Assembly (NCBI RefSeq): GCF_006345805.1
Contig: NC_043022.1
Location: 22,382,001 to 22,446,000, forward strand
Length of the DNA stretch: 64,000 bases
Reading direction: 5' to 3'
From: Octopus sinensis
Taxonomy: Eukaryota
Position 1 is the first letter of the stretch; the number at the start of each line of letters is the position of its first letter. The position numbers were made by a program, and so were the translations under genes. Positions 23,800 to 36,229 of this stretch are shown here, in pieces. A model generated the notes under the pieces. It was not told where the DNA came from and made no database searches. It saw nothing but the letters and a program-made list of their open reading frames with translations.

Positions 23800-24110
23800 A
23801 ACAACCTTAGTTTTCAAGGATCCACAGCTCTTCAATATCCCTTCAAAGCTTAAGAAACCTACATGGGGTGGATATAGGTGTCTTCAAAACAAAACTGGAT
23901 CTCCCGGTGTCGGGGGTTGACCTGCTTTCTCTTCTGCGGGTCTTACGAATAGCAAAGGACCACGTTTCGGACTTCTCCCATCTTGCGAGCTCAGGGACAA
24001 AGACTGTTCGCTCAACAGCAACAGCAACATCAATCTCCCCCATTCACCAAATACCACATATCCACACGCCAAATGTCACACATCAGAGGAGGTTGCAAGT
24101 AGTACAAGTG
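23800..24110 (+). pseudogene. CR1-group LINE ORF2 extreme 3' relic
   Basis: Fragments PQLFNI, LRNLHGVDIGVFKTKLDL and TSISPIHQIPH resemble LINE ORF2 ends; frameshifted. Confidence 0.55.
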
Positions 24111-24367
24111 TAGCAAAGCTATCAGCAGTGCTCCAGCATTGCCACCAATCTCAAACTGAAACTAGTAAAGAAAAAAATCAAAGGAAAAAATATCTATATG
24201 AAATATATAGACTGTGCTTGCATTTCAGGAAATTCCAGTTGGCCTATTGGAACCCACGGGATAACAAGATCACTGTCAATCAATAGTCAAAGGGAGACAA
24301 TCCCCTGTTGTTGACTCAGTAGCGAGGTCATTTCGTCTTCCATATTCTAGAGGGCCATTTGCTAGAG

Positions 24368-24568
24368 CAGTGGTTTTCAACCAGGGTTCCGCCAGTACAG
24401 TCGAGGGGTTCCGCAAGAAGTTACAAAACTGCTAAAATCGACAGTAATTTTTAATTCTCCTGTGCAGATATGTGTGCATAGGACAATTAAATTATTGCAC
24501 AGGGGTTCCTCGAGCCAGTGGAATGTTTCCTTGGGGTTCCGCTCCAGCAAAAAGTTTGAAAATCACTG
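24368..24568. mobile_element. hAT (Charlie-like) MITE
   Basis: TIRs CAGTGGTTTTCAACC / GTTTGAAAATCACTG; inserted next to TTCTAGAG-type targets. Confidence 0.85.
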
Positions 24569-24706
24569 TTCTAGAGGGCCATTTGCTAGAGAGACCATAA
24601 GCCAACAGGTTTTGCAATCTAATGATACTCCATAAAGCGCTTAGCTTTATGGATGTGAAACCAAAGGTAATCCCATTAACCGGCCTATTCTAACTTTTAT
24701 ATTATA

Positions 24707-25093
24707 CTAGCAGTATCGCCCGTCGTTGCTCAGGTTTGTAAGGGAAATAACTATAAAGCATTTTTAGAGAGTTATAGCCAAAAAATAGCAAAAAAATGGA
24801 AAAGAAATGATGGTAAATTTTTTTTGAGAGTTAAAAAAGGTCGAGTTGCGTCCCCTAGACAGTCTGTGGTTTGTGTTTCTGATTCTCGATCCCATGTGGA
24901 ATTTATCGATTTTTTTCAGAACTGGGGGAACTTTTCAAAATTTTCCCTGCGTTAGTTTTGAATTCTGACATTGGGCTATGTGTGTGTCAAGTTTCATCAG
25001 AATCGGTTGAAAGCCGTGGTCAGGGTGAGGGTACAACCTGACAGACACACAGAAACACACACAGACAAACTGCCGTTTATATATAGAGAGAGA
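24707..25093 (-). mobile_element. Non-autonomous Helitron
   Basis: On the minus strand: 5' A|TCTCTC...; 3' GC-rich hairpin CCTGAGCAACGACGGG shortly before CTAG|T; no TSD; internal (ACAG/AC)n tract near the 5' end. Confidence 0.8.
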
Positions 25094-25147
25094 TATGTGT
25101 GTGTGTGTGTGTGTGTATGTACACGCGCGCGCACACACACACATATA

Positions 25148-25680
25148 TATAATATAAAAGTTAGAATAGGCCGGTTAATGGGATTACCTTTGGTTTCACA
25201 TCCATAAAGTGCTTGGCTTTATGGAGTATTATCAGATTGCAAAACCTGTTGGCTTATGGTCTCTCTGGCAAATGGCCCTCTAGAATATGGAAGAGGAAAT
25301 GACCTCGCTACTGAGTCAACAACAGGGGATTGTCTCCTTTTGACTATTGATTGCCAGTGATCTTGTTATCCTGTGGGTTCCAATAGGCCAGCAGGAATTT
25401 CCTGAAATGCAAGCACAGTCTGGAGACCTCTGTTCTGGAGTTAAGGATGTTCCCCTGGTCAAGGGAGTCCTCTAGAATCCTCGCCCATTCCGCTATGTAT
25501 AGTTTACAGCACTTGACACTATTTATGTAGGGGCCTAGATTTTCCAGGATTCTCCATGGTATTATGAATGAAATCCCGTCGTTTTGGGATCAGATGATAT
25601 GCCGTAAAGCCAAGCGCTTTGTGAACGTAAAACCAAAAGTAATCCCATAAACCGACCTATTCTAATTTTTATATTATAAA
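25148..25680. mobile_element. ~530-bp MITE with ~75-bp TIRs ending in TATAATATAAAA; a truncated inverted copy lies at 24210-24706
   Basis: 25148-25225 is the reverse complement of ~25600-25678; 25148-25420 is the reverse complement of 24210-24706 after removing the hAT MITE. Confidence 0.7.
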
Positions 25681-26213
25681 CTGCTCTATAACTTATAGTG
25701 TGCTTCTTTTCGGATTTATAGCTACTATCTCCAACAGGTTAAGCAACCATGAAAGGCAGAAGTGAATGAGTTGTATTTAGAAAAAGTGAAAGGAAAGACA
25801 CCCCATGAACTTACTTCTAGGGTTCGGAAAGAATGAAAGATAGATAGATGTACACACGTACAGAGTCATAAGTATGAGAATGAAATTTGTTTAGCGGGTG
25901 CAAGCATTTTCATTGCCTTTCTCCTTCCCCATAAAATAAATTGAGTTGTGGTGCAGTCTGTACACCCAATTCCCAGGTCTATCTACGATTCGCGAGCGTG
26001 TATATATATATTTCCTTTATTATCAGTTTTCATATACATTTGTGTTCGTTCATGAATGAGACAGAGAGAGTATTTCTTTATTCACCATAAGGTTGAGAAA
26101 AAGAGGGGACAAAACAAACGTTGGGGTCAGGGTATCGAATGAGACGAAACGTATGAATAAACAAACAATTAAAATATATACAATTAAATGAGAATGAGTG
26201 AATAACAAAAAAT

Positions 26214-26261
<48 letters not shown>

Positions 26262-26263
<2 letters not shown>

Positions 26264-26549
26264 TAAACTTTCAGAGAATCCGCTTAGTGCGAGCCGATAT
26301 ATTGAACTGATTTTTCAGCATTCAACTATTTTCCCCTATCGCCGTCGATACCAGCCGTCTCTGGTATTGTTTTCTTCCGCTTACACCGGTTATTATCATG
26401 TGTTTATGAAAATCAAAGTTTTATTTATCTTGTATATCTTGTGTTAATCAGAAAAGTGGGTAGTTAAGTAGCGGATGCGAATAACCGACTGAGCACCTCA
26501 CACACACTTTACACACACAGACACACACACAGACAGTCACGACACGACT
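26262..26549 (+). promoter_or_regulatory. Probable core promoter / 5' UTR of the SLC2A gene
   Basis: Unique, CpG-containing sequence between an (AG)n tract (26215-26261) and the first ATG (GACTATGT). TSS not determinable from sequence alone. Confidence 0.4.
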
Positions 26550-26699
26550 ATGTCGTCTTCTCAGAGCAACACAAGGACCAGATCAAGTAGTTCTGTCATC
26601 TTAAGTGATGAACCGAGCCCTGGTGTTGGTATTAATGACAGTATATCATCCGAGGTTGACGTATGGACCAGCTCACATCGTTCTTTCGGAGTCCTAGAA
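26550..26699 (+). CDS. SLC2A: SLC2A exon 1 (Ser-rich N-terminal tail, 50 aa, phase 0 end)
   Basis: ATG...CTAGAA|GTAAGT; in phase with exon 2. No conserved motif, so less certain than the other exons. Confidence 0.75.
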
Positions 26700-28199
26700 G
26701 TAAGTTTATGGGGTTTCTTTCCTTTTGCTTCTAACCCTGTCTCATTGTTTCAAACACAAAACAAAAACAACTCATTCATTTCTGCCTCCCATGGTCGCTT
26801 AACCTGTTGGAAACAGCAGCCAAATCTCCCTCAAATTACAACCCTTCCTATCTTCTTAAAAAAAAACTCTCTTGATAATGAAGTCCAAGGTACAATACAA
26901 GAACCCCCCCCCCCAAAAAAAAAAGTGTGACTGTCATGCTTGGAATGTCTGTTTTGTCAGTTATAACCAGAGTATAAACAGCTACGGCAACCTTTTTAGG
27001 AGTCCGTCATAGACCCATCGCTATGTGTTTATATTGGTACTTCTACCCTGACCCTAACCTTACTCTATACGCTCAACTTATTGTTTCCAGGTCAACCATG
27101 ATCTACCAGATATGATGAAAGACGGAACCAATTATGACAGTCCCTCCCTGATTTGTTTTGAATGACTATATACATGTCCATTGTCGTTACATTTTTAAAA
27201 CGGGTGATATAGGGAGTTGTTGGAAAATTTGGCTGCTATTTTCAACAGGTCAAACGACTACATGGAAGCCTAATATGCCATGTATTAGCACACTGAGGCA
27301 TATAAGTTCCTGTTGCTTTTTCATCTTAAGCTTACTCAGATCCAGCAGACATACATTCAGACATTCCAGCTGTGACCATCCTGTTTATTTTTTTTTTTTT
27401 GTCCATACATAATATATCTAGGATTACTCATCTCTCACACTAAGTCTATTGGAATCCTAGTTTTTGTTATGTAAGTTTTTCTGTCACTTTCGTTAAGTCA
27501 GCTGATTTTTCTACACATACATACATACACAGATTGACACGTACATATGTGTATATGTATATATATATATGTATGAATATATACACACATATCACGATTA
27601 ATGTGTGTGCGTGCGTGTGTGTGTTAGTATGTTTACATATAATATTTATTCATTCAGTAAAGACTAGTTGCCATTCGTTGAAGCTTATGTATGATTCATG
27701 ATTCACGCGGTATGTGCTCGATCCGTCAAGCGAGAAAGCAAAGCATTTTCAAATATTTTTGTCGTCACTGCTAGAAACTATGATTAGTGACGGCATAAAT
27801 CATACGCTTCGAATGATTATGGAAAATCTACCCCAGATATTGCGCACTTTTCCATCCCTTTCACATATTCAAGCGTGTGTGTGTGTGTGTGTGTGTATCT
27901 TATATCTTTTATTTGTTTCAGTAATTGAACTGCGGCCGTGCCTTGAAGAGTTTGTTTAACGAATCGACTCCAGTACCTTTTTTTTTTTTAAAGCTTGGGA
28001 CTTATTCTATCGCTCTCTTTTCCGAACCGCTAGGTCACGGGACGTAAACAAAGCGACAGCGGTTAAGCGGTGGTAGGGACACACACACACATAGCGTAGG
28101 CTTGAAACAGCAAAGACTTTTCTATTTTTCCAGAACTAATACACCTTGTTCGTTGTTCCCTCACCATCTGTGTTTTATTTTTGTACATTTAAACCACAA

Positions 28200-28238
<39 letters not shown>

Positions 28239-29534
28239 TATATGTTTTATTTTTATATATTTAATATTTTAGACTAATGGGTATCATCATCATCATTTAA
28301 CGTCCGCTTTTCATGCTAGCATGGGTTGGACGATTTGACTGAGGACTAGCGAACCAGATGGCTGCATCAGGCTCCAATCTGATCTGGCAGAGTTTCTACA
28401 GCTGGATGCCCTTCCTAATGCCAACCACTCCGAGAGTGTAGTAGGTGCTCTTACGTGCCACCGGCACAAGGGCCAGTCAGGTGGTACTGGCAACGGCCAC
28501 GCTCAAATGGTGTTTTTATGTGCCACCTGCACAGGAGCCAGTCTGGTGGCACTGGCAACGACCTCGCTCGAATGTTATATGCTGATTAATGTGTTGAAGT
28601 GTTGAGTAGAGCACTGGCGCAGTTTGGGCTACCTGATGTCACCCACAGTTGGGATATATTTCTGTTGAATCTACTTTAAGAACTCCGCAGTGTTGGTTGA
28701 GATAATGATAACTGATTGATAATGATAACCAGAAGAAGGATTTAGTATTAATCTTTATTTTGTACCATGGTCATTTTGTGGAGGCACATAGCCTAGTAGT
28801 TAGAACAGTGGACTCGTGGTCAAGGGATCGCGGGTTCGAATCTCAGACCGGGTGAGGTGTGTGTTTATGAGCGAAACACCTAAGCTCCACACAGCTCCGG
28901 CAGAAGGTAATGGCGAAACTTTGCTGACTTTTTCGCCACAACTTTCTCTCACTCTTTCCTCCTGCATCTTGCAGCTCACCTGGTATGGACCAGCATCCCG
29001 TCCAGGTGGGGAACCTATATGCCAAGAAACTGGAGAACCGGCCCTTATGAGCCAGGCATGGCTCGAGAAGGAACAAACAACTTTCTTTTGTACCATGGTC
29101 GTTTTGACCCATCCTTCTTCTGCCCCTTAAGGGTGGGACTGTGCTCAACATCTTGTGTTGTATCCATTTTGCAATCTGGGTCTCATCAGGTACATCCATA
29201 CGTAAAATTGTGACTTGCTAAAGACCCTAAGTTTAGGCTGCCATGTTCTTATATGGCATATAACATCTATGCATAAAGTTGTTATATGCTATATAACCTC
29301 ATGGCAGCCTAAACTCAGGATCTTTAGTGAGACACAACTTTGTGTATGGATGTACCTGATGAGATCCATATATATATATATATATATATGGTAGATAAGT
29401 TCAGTAAAATTTAGATTCAGATGAATATGGTACTTAAGTTGAAGGCAGAATTTAGTATGGTTTAATCAATATAATTTAAAATAAGGTGATTATAATCAAA
29501 ATAAGCAACAAGGATATCCTTGTTGCTTATTTTG

Positions 29535-29571
<37 letters not shown>

Positions 29572-32140
29572 CACCTCTGAATATCCTTGTTGCTTATTTT
29601 AATTATATATATAGTAATATTTATATGCCAACAGAACGTGGCAGTCTTATATGGGATGATTTTACTCTTGCTATCGCTCCAGGACAACATCTTTTCCAGC
29701 TGGCTATCAGCACACAGTCTGTTTCCTTATGGCATTTGAAAGGAAGGTTATAGCAACAGTAACGGATCTTTTCAGTTTGAACGGCAGTTTTTTCTAGCGG
29801 TGTCATATGAAATTGTCACCCATAATAATGACCCTAGTATCGATCTATTGCATTTCAATCTCTTTTAGGGTTAGGGGTGGGGGAAGGGTATCTTTTTTCT
29901 TCACAAATGTAAATAAACCCAATCTGTTTCTTAAATGAGGGACATATTCATACGGTACAGAATGTTTTTTTTACCTCAATAGACGTCAGTGATTGGTTGA
30001 AAATGCAGAAATTGAAGAAAAAAAAAAACAACAAATATCTTACAAACCATAGAATTTTCTCAATAAAGCCAAGAGAAAAAGATGTTTTATAAACACATTC
30101 TACCAGTATACGAAGTTTAAAATTTTTTAGTTACCTAGAAATTATGTTAAAAACTGCCGTTCAAACCAAAAAGATCCACAGTAACATCACCCTATATAAG
30201 ACTGCCAAGTTCTCTTAGCATATAAACATTACGATCTGGTACTGTCACTGTAGATCTCTCGCTCAGAGATTTAAAAGAATTTGTTTCTCTCTCTCTCTCT
30301 CTCTATCTATCTCTACCTATCTATATATATGTACATACACACACACACGTATATATATAAATATATATACACATATATATATGCGCAGGTGTGGCTGTGT
30401 GGTGAGTAGCTTGCTTACCAACCACATGGTTCCAGGTTCAGAGTGTGCTTCTTTTCCAGATATGTGAATTACTGATATATATATGTATGTATGTATGTAT
30501 GTATATATGACTGCGGCCATGCTGGAGCACCACCTCTAGTCGAGAAAATTGACCCCAGGACTTATTCTTTGTAAGCCTAGTACTTATTCTATTGGTCTCT
30601 CTTACCGAACCGCTAAGTTATGGGCACGTAAACACAGCAACATCGGTTGTCAAGCGATGTTGGAGGGACAAACACAGACACACAAAAACGTGCACACACA
30701 CACACACACGCACATATACATATATACGACGGGCTTCTTTCAGTTTCCGTCTACCAAATCCACTCACAAGGCTTTCGTCTGCCCAAGGCAATAATAGAAG
30801 ACACTTGCCCAAGGTGCCACGCAGTGGGACTGAACCCAGAACCATGTGGTTGGTAAGCAAGCTACTTACCACACAGCCACTCCTGCACCTGTATATATAT
30901 TTAAATTTTGAAAATGCTAATTTTTTTGTCAGAATCAGAATCTTTGTTGCCGAAAATTGTGGAAAATATAGAAAAAAAGGAAATAAAAGGATGTAGTATT
31001 ATAGACTTTTGCTGAAAGTTACCTTTTGAGGCACAGGTATGGGCAAGATGGTTTGTGAAAGACCAGCAATGGCCTATGCATACCGATCCCTCCTCTCCAT
31101 GCCACCGATGTTGTCCAAGGGGAAGGCAAAGGCTGATACAGCTTGGCACCAGCGACATTGCAACTTATTTCTACAGTTGAGTGAACTGGAACAATGTGAA
31201 ATAAAGTGTCTTGCTCAAGAACACAACATGTAGTCTGGTCCAGGAATTGAATTCACTACCTCATGATTGTAAACCTGATGCTCTAACCACTGAGCCATAC
31301 ACATTTACACACACACAGATACACACACACATGCATGCACTTTTGTAAAGAAATTGATCAATTAGGATTGTGATAAAACTAACTTGATGACAGTGATCTG
31401 TTCCTCATTATCTTTCAATTATAGGACAGACACATATTTAATACACATACACAAACACAACTTGTAATTAGTATAGGGATAGTGAGAGGTGTTTATTTTT
31501 TTTTAATATCACTCTTATGGCTCAGACGTTCACTACAAACTCCACCTTATATAATAAAACAGTCATTGACAATTTTATATATATAGGTTGCCACTTCAGT
31601 CTAAGCAGTGTTATAGTGACATCATGTGGTTATAATGTCTTCATTTGTATGTTGTTAAAACATGGTACATTGGCTTGGTGTATTATATATATATAGTGAT
31701 ATTTAATAGTTTATAGTGTCAACGCCACAGATGTACGAGGTCAGGCTGTTCCATTTATCAGACAAACAGGAACCTCGTCAATGTAACTGACGGAGTGTAC
31801 TGTGTGTATGTATATATATACGTGTATATATATATACAAAGTAAGATAGGGGTTATGGCTGTAACCCACTATGGGATTGAATGAATAAATAATCCAACAT
31901 TCTAATATCCGAAAGTTGATGAACAAACTAAATTTGTTTCTCCATTTTCTTATTTGTATTACATATATAGGCGCAGGAGTGGCTGTGTGGTAAGTAGCTT
32001 GCTAACCAACCACATGGTTCCGGGTTCAGTCCCACTGCGTGACATCTTGGGCAAGTATCTTCTGCTATAGCCCCGGGCCGACCAATGCCTTGTGAGTGGA
32101 TTTGGTAGATGGAAACTGAAAGAAGCCTGTCGTATATATG

Positions 32141-32173
<33 letters not shown>

Positions 32174-35100
32174 TTGTCCCCCTAGCATTGCTTGACAACC
32201 GATGCTGGTGTGTTTACGTCCCCGTCACTTAGCGGTTCGGCAAAAGAGACCGATAGAATAAGTACTGGGCTTACAAAGAATAAGTCCTGGGGTCGATTTG
32301 CTCGACTAAAGGCGGTGCTCCAGCATGGCCGCAGTCAAATGACTGAAACAAGTAAAAGAGTAAGAGTATATATATAGCAAGTGACTTGATCTGAGATCGT
32401 GTGTTGAAACAAAAACAATTGCAGCATGGAAGGTGTTTGTAAGCCATTCAAGAGCACACAAAAATCATTAGTTTCACTTCAGTATTTAAATTTCATATGT
32501 GTCAAAATATTTTCGTGGCTTTGAAACTGTGACCTGTTCACTGACAAAACTTTGCAGCACAAAGAGACCGACAAAATAAGTACTAGTCTTACAAAGAATA
32601 AGTTCTGGGTTTGATTTGCTTGACTAAAGGTAGTACTCCAGCATAGCCATAGTCAAATGACTGAAACAAGTAAAAGAGTAAAAACATAGGAAAGAAAATA
32701 CATATTAGTAGATGGGAATTTAATATCTTCTTCCAACTCATAGAAGATAAGGTTATTTTGTTTTATTTGTAATCTTCAAATAGCTGGACTACAGAGTCCA
32801 GGCAAAAAAAAAATAATAATAACCTAAATAGATAATAAACATTAAACAACAGAGAGAATTCATAAATAAAACGCTCATACCTCCATATACTCTTTTACTT
32901 GTTTCAGTCATTTGACTGTGGCCATGCTGGAGCACCACCTTTTAGTCAAGCGAATCGACCCCAGGACTTTTATAAGCCTAGTACTTATTCTATCAGTCTC
33001 TTTCGCCGAACTGATAAGTTACGGGGACATAGACACACCAGCATTGGTTGTCAAGTGATGTTAGGGGGACGAACACAGACACACAAACATATACACACAT
33101 ACATATATATATACATATATACGACGGACTTCTTTCAGTTTCCGTCTACCAAATCCACTCATAAGGCTTTGGTCGGCCCGAGGCTATAGTAGAAGACACT
33201 TGCCCGAGGTGCCACGCAGTGGGACTGAACCCGGAACCATGTGGTTCGTAAGCAAGCTTCTTGCCACCCAGCCACTCCTATGCCTATGTGTACAAAGTGT
33301 ACAAAGGGACATCTAATACTAAAAAGTAAAAATAAAATAAAATGTAAATGAAAGTGAAAAATCCCCTACATGTTCAGAGTAACCACATATCATCACATGT
33401 ATTACACATGCACATATATTCACCTGTATGAACATACTTGCGCACACACACGATATATAAATATATCTATATATTCACATACACACATAGACATATATAT
33501 ATATGTGTGTGTGTGCATATATCCATATATAGACACAAGAATATAAATATACATGCGCACAAACAGTACCGCCTGACTGGCCCTTGTACCGGTGGCACGT
33601 AAAAAGCACCCTCTACACTCTCGGAGTGGTTGGCGTTAGGAAGGGCATCCAGCTGTAGAAACTCTGCCAGATCAGATTGGAGCCTGGCGCAGCCATCTGG
33701 TTTGCCAGACCTCAGTCAAACCATCCAACCCATGCTAGCATGGAAAGCAGACGTTAAACGATGATGATGATGATGATGACAAATATATACACATCTAAGC
33801 AAATAAAACTCCAAATAATATCTATACACACCACAAAAGTATGGTTGTAACTGGAATGTCTTGAATCCTTGGTCTTTTGGATTCCTTGGTCTTTGGGATA
33901 AGGGCACACCTGGTACTGTTCAGCAGAACATTTAATACTTTGTTGGTATTGTTCCCCTTAATTACAGTTGCAATTGTTTCAATTTTGTTATTTCAAATTC
34001 TTCATTAATCACCAATCATCATTAATTGCCATTCATCATTAATCATCTGCTGCCAGTAATTGGCCATCACTCAGTCATCCATCACTGATTGTCATTAACT
34101 ATCCATCCAATTTAATCACCTCCACTCATTAATCATTCATTGCAATTAATTAGCCACTGCCGTTAATTTCCTATTACCACTGATCATGCATTATCATTAA
34201 TCTCCCATATCACTGTTAATTACATCATCATCATCATCATCATCAACATTTAATGTCCGTTTTCCATGCTGTCATGGGTTAGACAGCTTGACAGCTACTG
34301 GCAAGGCCAGAGGCCACACCAGGCTCCATAGCCTGTTTTGGTTTGGCTTCTAAGGCTAGATGCCCTCCCAACACTAACCATTCCACAGAGTGTACTGGGT
34401 GCATTTTATGTGGCACCAGCACCCACTTACTATCATTAATCCCTCACCACCTTTAATTACTGATCACCATTGCTCTGTCATCACCGTTAATCATCCATCA
34501 TCATTAATCATCCATCTTTGTTACAGCTGAAAAATGAATCTGAGAAGATGAATGATTCTCTTCAAGATGGCATCCTAGCTGAGTTCTCTATAACTCCCCG
34601 ACAACAAGATAGTCTGCAGTGCTGTCATTTCCAGGTAGTTTCTCCCACATTTCTCCAGCCAGTTTCCTCTTTTGTTGGAGTCATTGTCTGTGTGTCATCC
34701 CCAGCATCACAGCTGCTGCTGCTGTGATTGCCATTCCACCTTCTTACCTCACTGGCATCAGTGCTGCTACTGTCCCTCCAAACCCTCTTCTTTGTACCAC
34801 ACTTCTTGCCTGCCTGGCTTAACAATGTTTTCTCCCCTGCTGTCTCTTTGTTTCTTTCTGTCTCTGTCCCCCTCTCTCTGTCTGTCTGTCTGTCTCTCTC
34901 TCAGCCTACTCCTACCTCATTGCTTAACTTTGAAATGTTGTTCTGAATATGTCTAACATGTACAGATCAAATCTCAGCGAGGATAAAAGTTTCTAGTTGA
35001 CAGGTCTACTCTGGGCGAAATGCTTAGCGGTATTTCATCTGCTGTTACGTTCTGAGTTCAAATTCCGCCGAGGTCAACTTTGCCTTTCATCCTTTCGGGG

Positions 35101-36198
35101 TCGATAAATTAAGTACCAGTTACACACTGGGGTCGATGTAATCAACTTAATCCATTTGTCTGTCCTTGTTTGTCCCCTCTGTATTTAGCCCCTTGTGGGT
35201 AGTAAAGAAATAGGTATTTCGTCTGCCGCTACATTCTGAGTTCAAATTCCGCCGAAGTCGACTTTGCCTTTCATCCTTTCAGGGTCGATAAATTAAGTAC
35301 CAGTTATGCACTGGGGTCGATGTAATCGACTTAATCCGTTTGTTTGTCCTTGTTTGTCCCCTCTGTGTTTAGGCCCTTGCGGGTAGTAAAGAAATAGGTC
35401 TACAGTTCAAAACCTGCTTCTGCCATTTCCTGTGGAAGAACAATAGATTCTATAAGCCCAAGTAAGGCATTTAGACTCTAGATACAGAGAACAGGTATTC
35501 AGGCCTATTGGAGAAAGTTAATTTATGTTGGACTAGCAGCCTATCCTAGAGCAACAATTCACCTGTTACTTGATCTGCTCTTTGAAATGAACTCTATTTA
35601 GGAATTACACAGAAAAATCTGTTTCGGTTTGACAAACACCTGAGAGGAGTTGAGCTCGTGTCAACCAATGAAAGCCCAGTTATGGCCCCACGAGGATTTT
35701 TCATCTTTTATTTCGTATTTGTTCAATCATTAAACTGCGGCCATGCTGGGGCACTGCCTTGAAGAATTTTAGTCAAACAAATCGACCCCAGTATTTATTC
35801 TTTAAACCTGGCACTTATTTTAACAGTCTCTTTCATTGAATCACTAATTTACAGGGATGTAAACACACCAACATTGGTTGTCAAGTGGTTACGTGGGGAC
35901 AAACACAGACACAAAGACTCACACACACTGATATATATAAATATATATATATATGACATGTAAAGAGCACCAACCGATCGTGGCCGTTTGCCAGCCTCCT
36001 CTGGCCCCTGTGTCGGTGGCACGTAAAAAGCACCCACTACACTCACAGAGTGGTTGGCGTTAGGAAGGGCATCCAGCTGTAGAAACTCTGCCAAATCAGA
36101 CTGGAACCTGGCGCAGCCTCCTGGCTTCCCAGACCCCAGTCGAACCGTCCAACCCATGCTAGCATGGAAAACGGACGTTAAACGATGATGATGATGAT

Positions 36199-36229
<31 letters not shown>

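Noticed and set aside
23147-23804. Minus-strand (SVSTMSR)n ORFs up to 137 aa
   Set aside because: Antisense reading of the 21-bp array; variation is synonymous in the plus frame, not this one, and the array is split by a MITE.
26700-26930. Continuation of the 126-aa ORF past codon 50
   Set aside because: It crosses a strong GTAAGT donor and runs into a dispersed repeat; it is intron 1.
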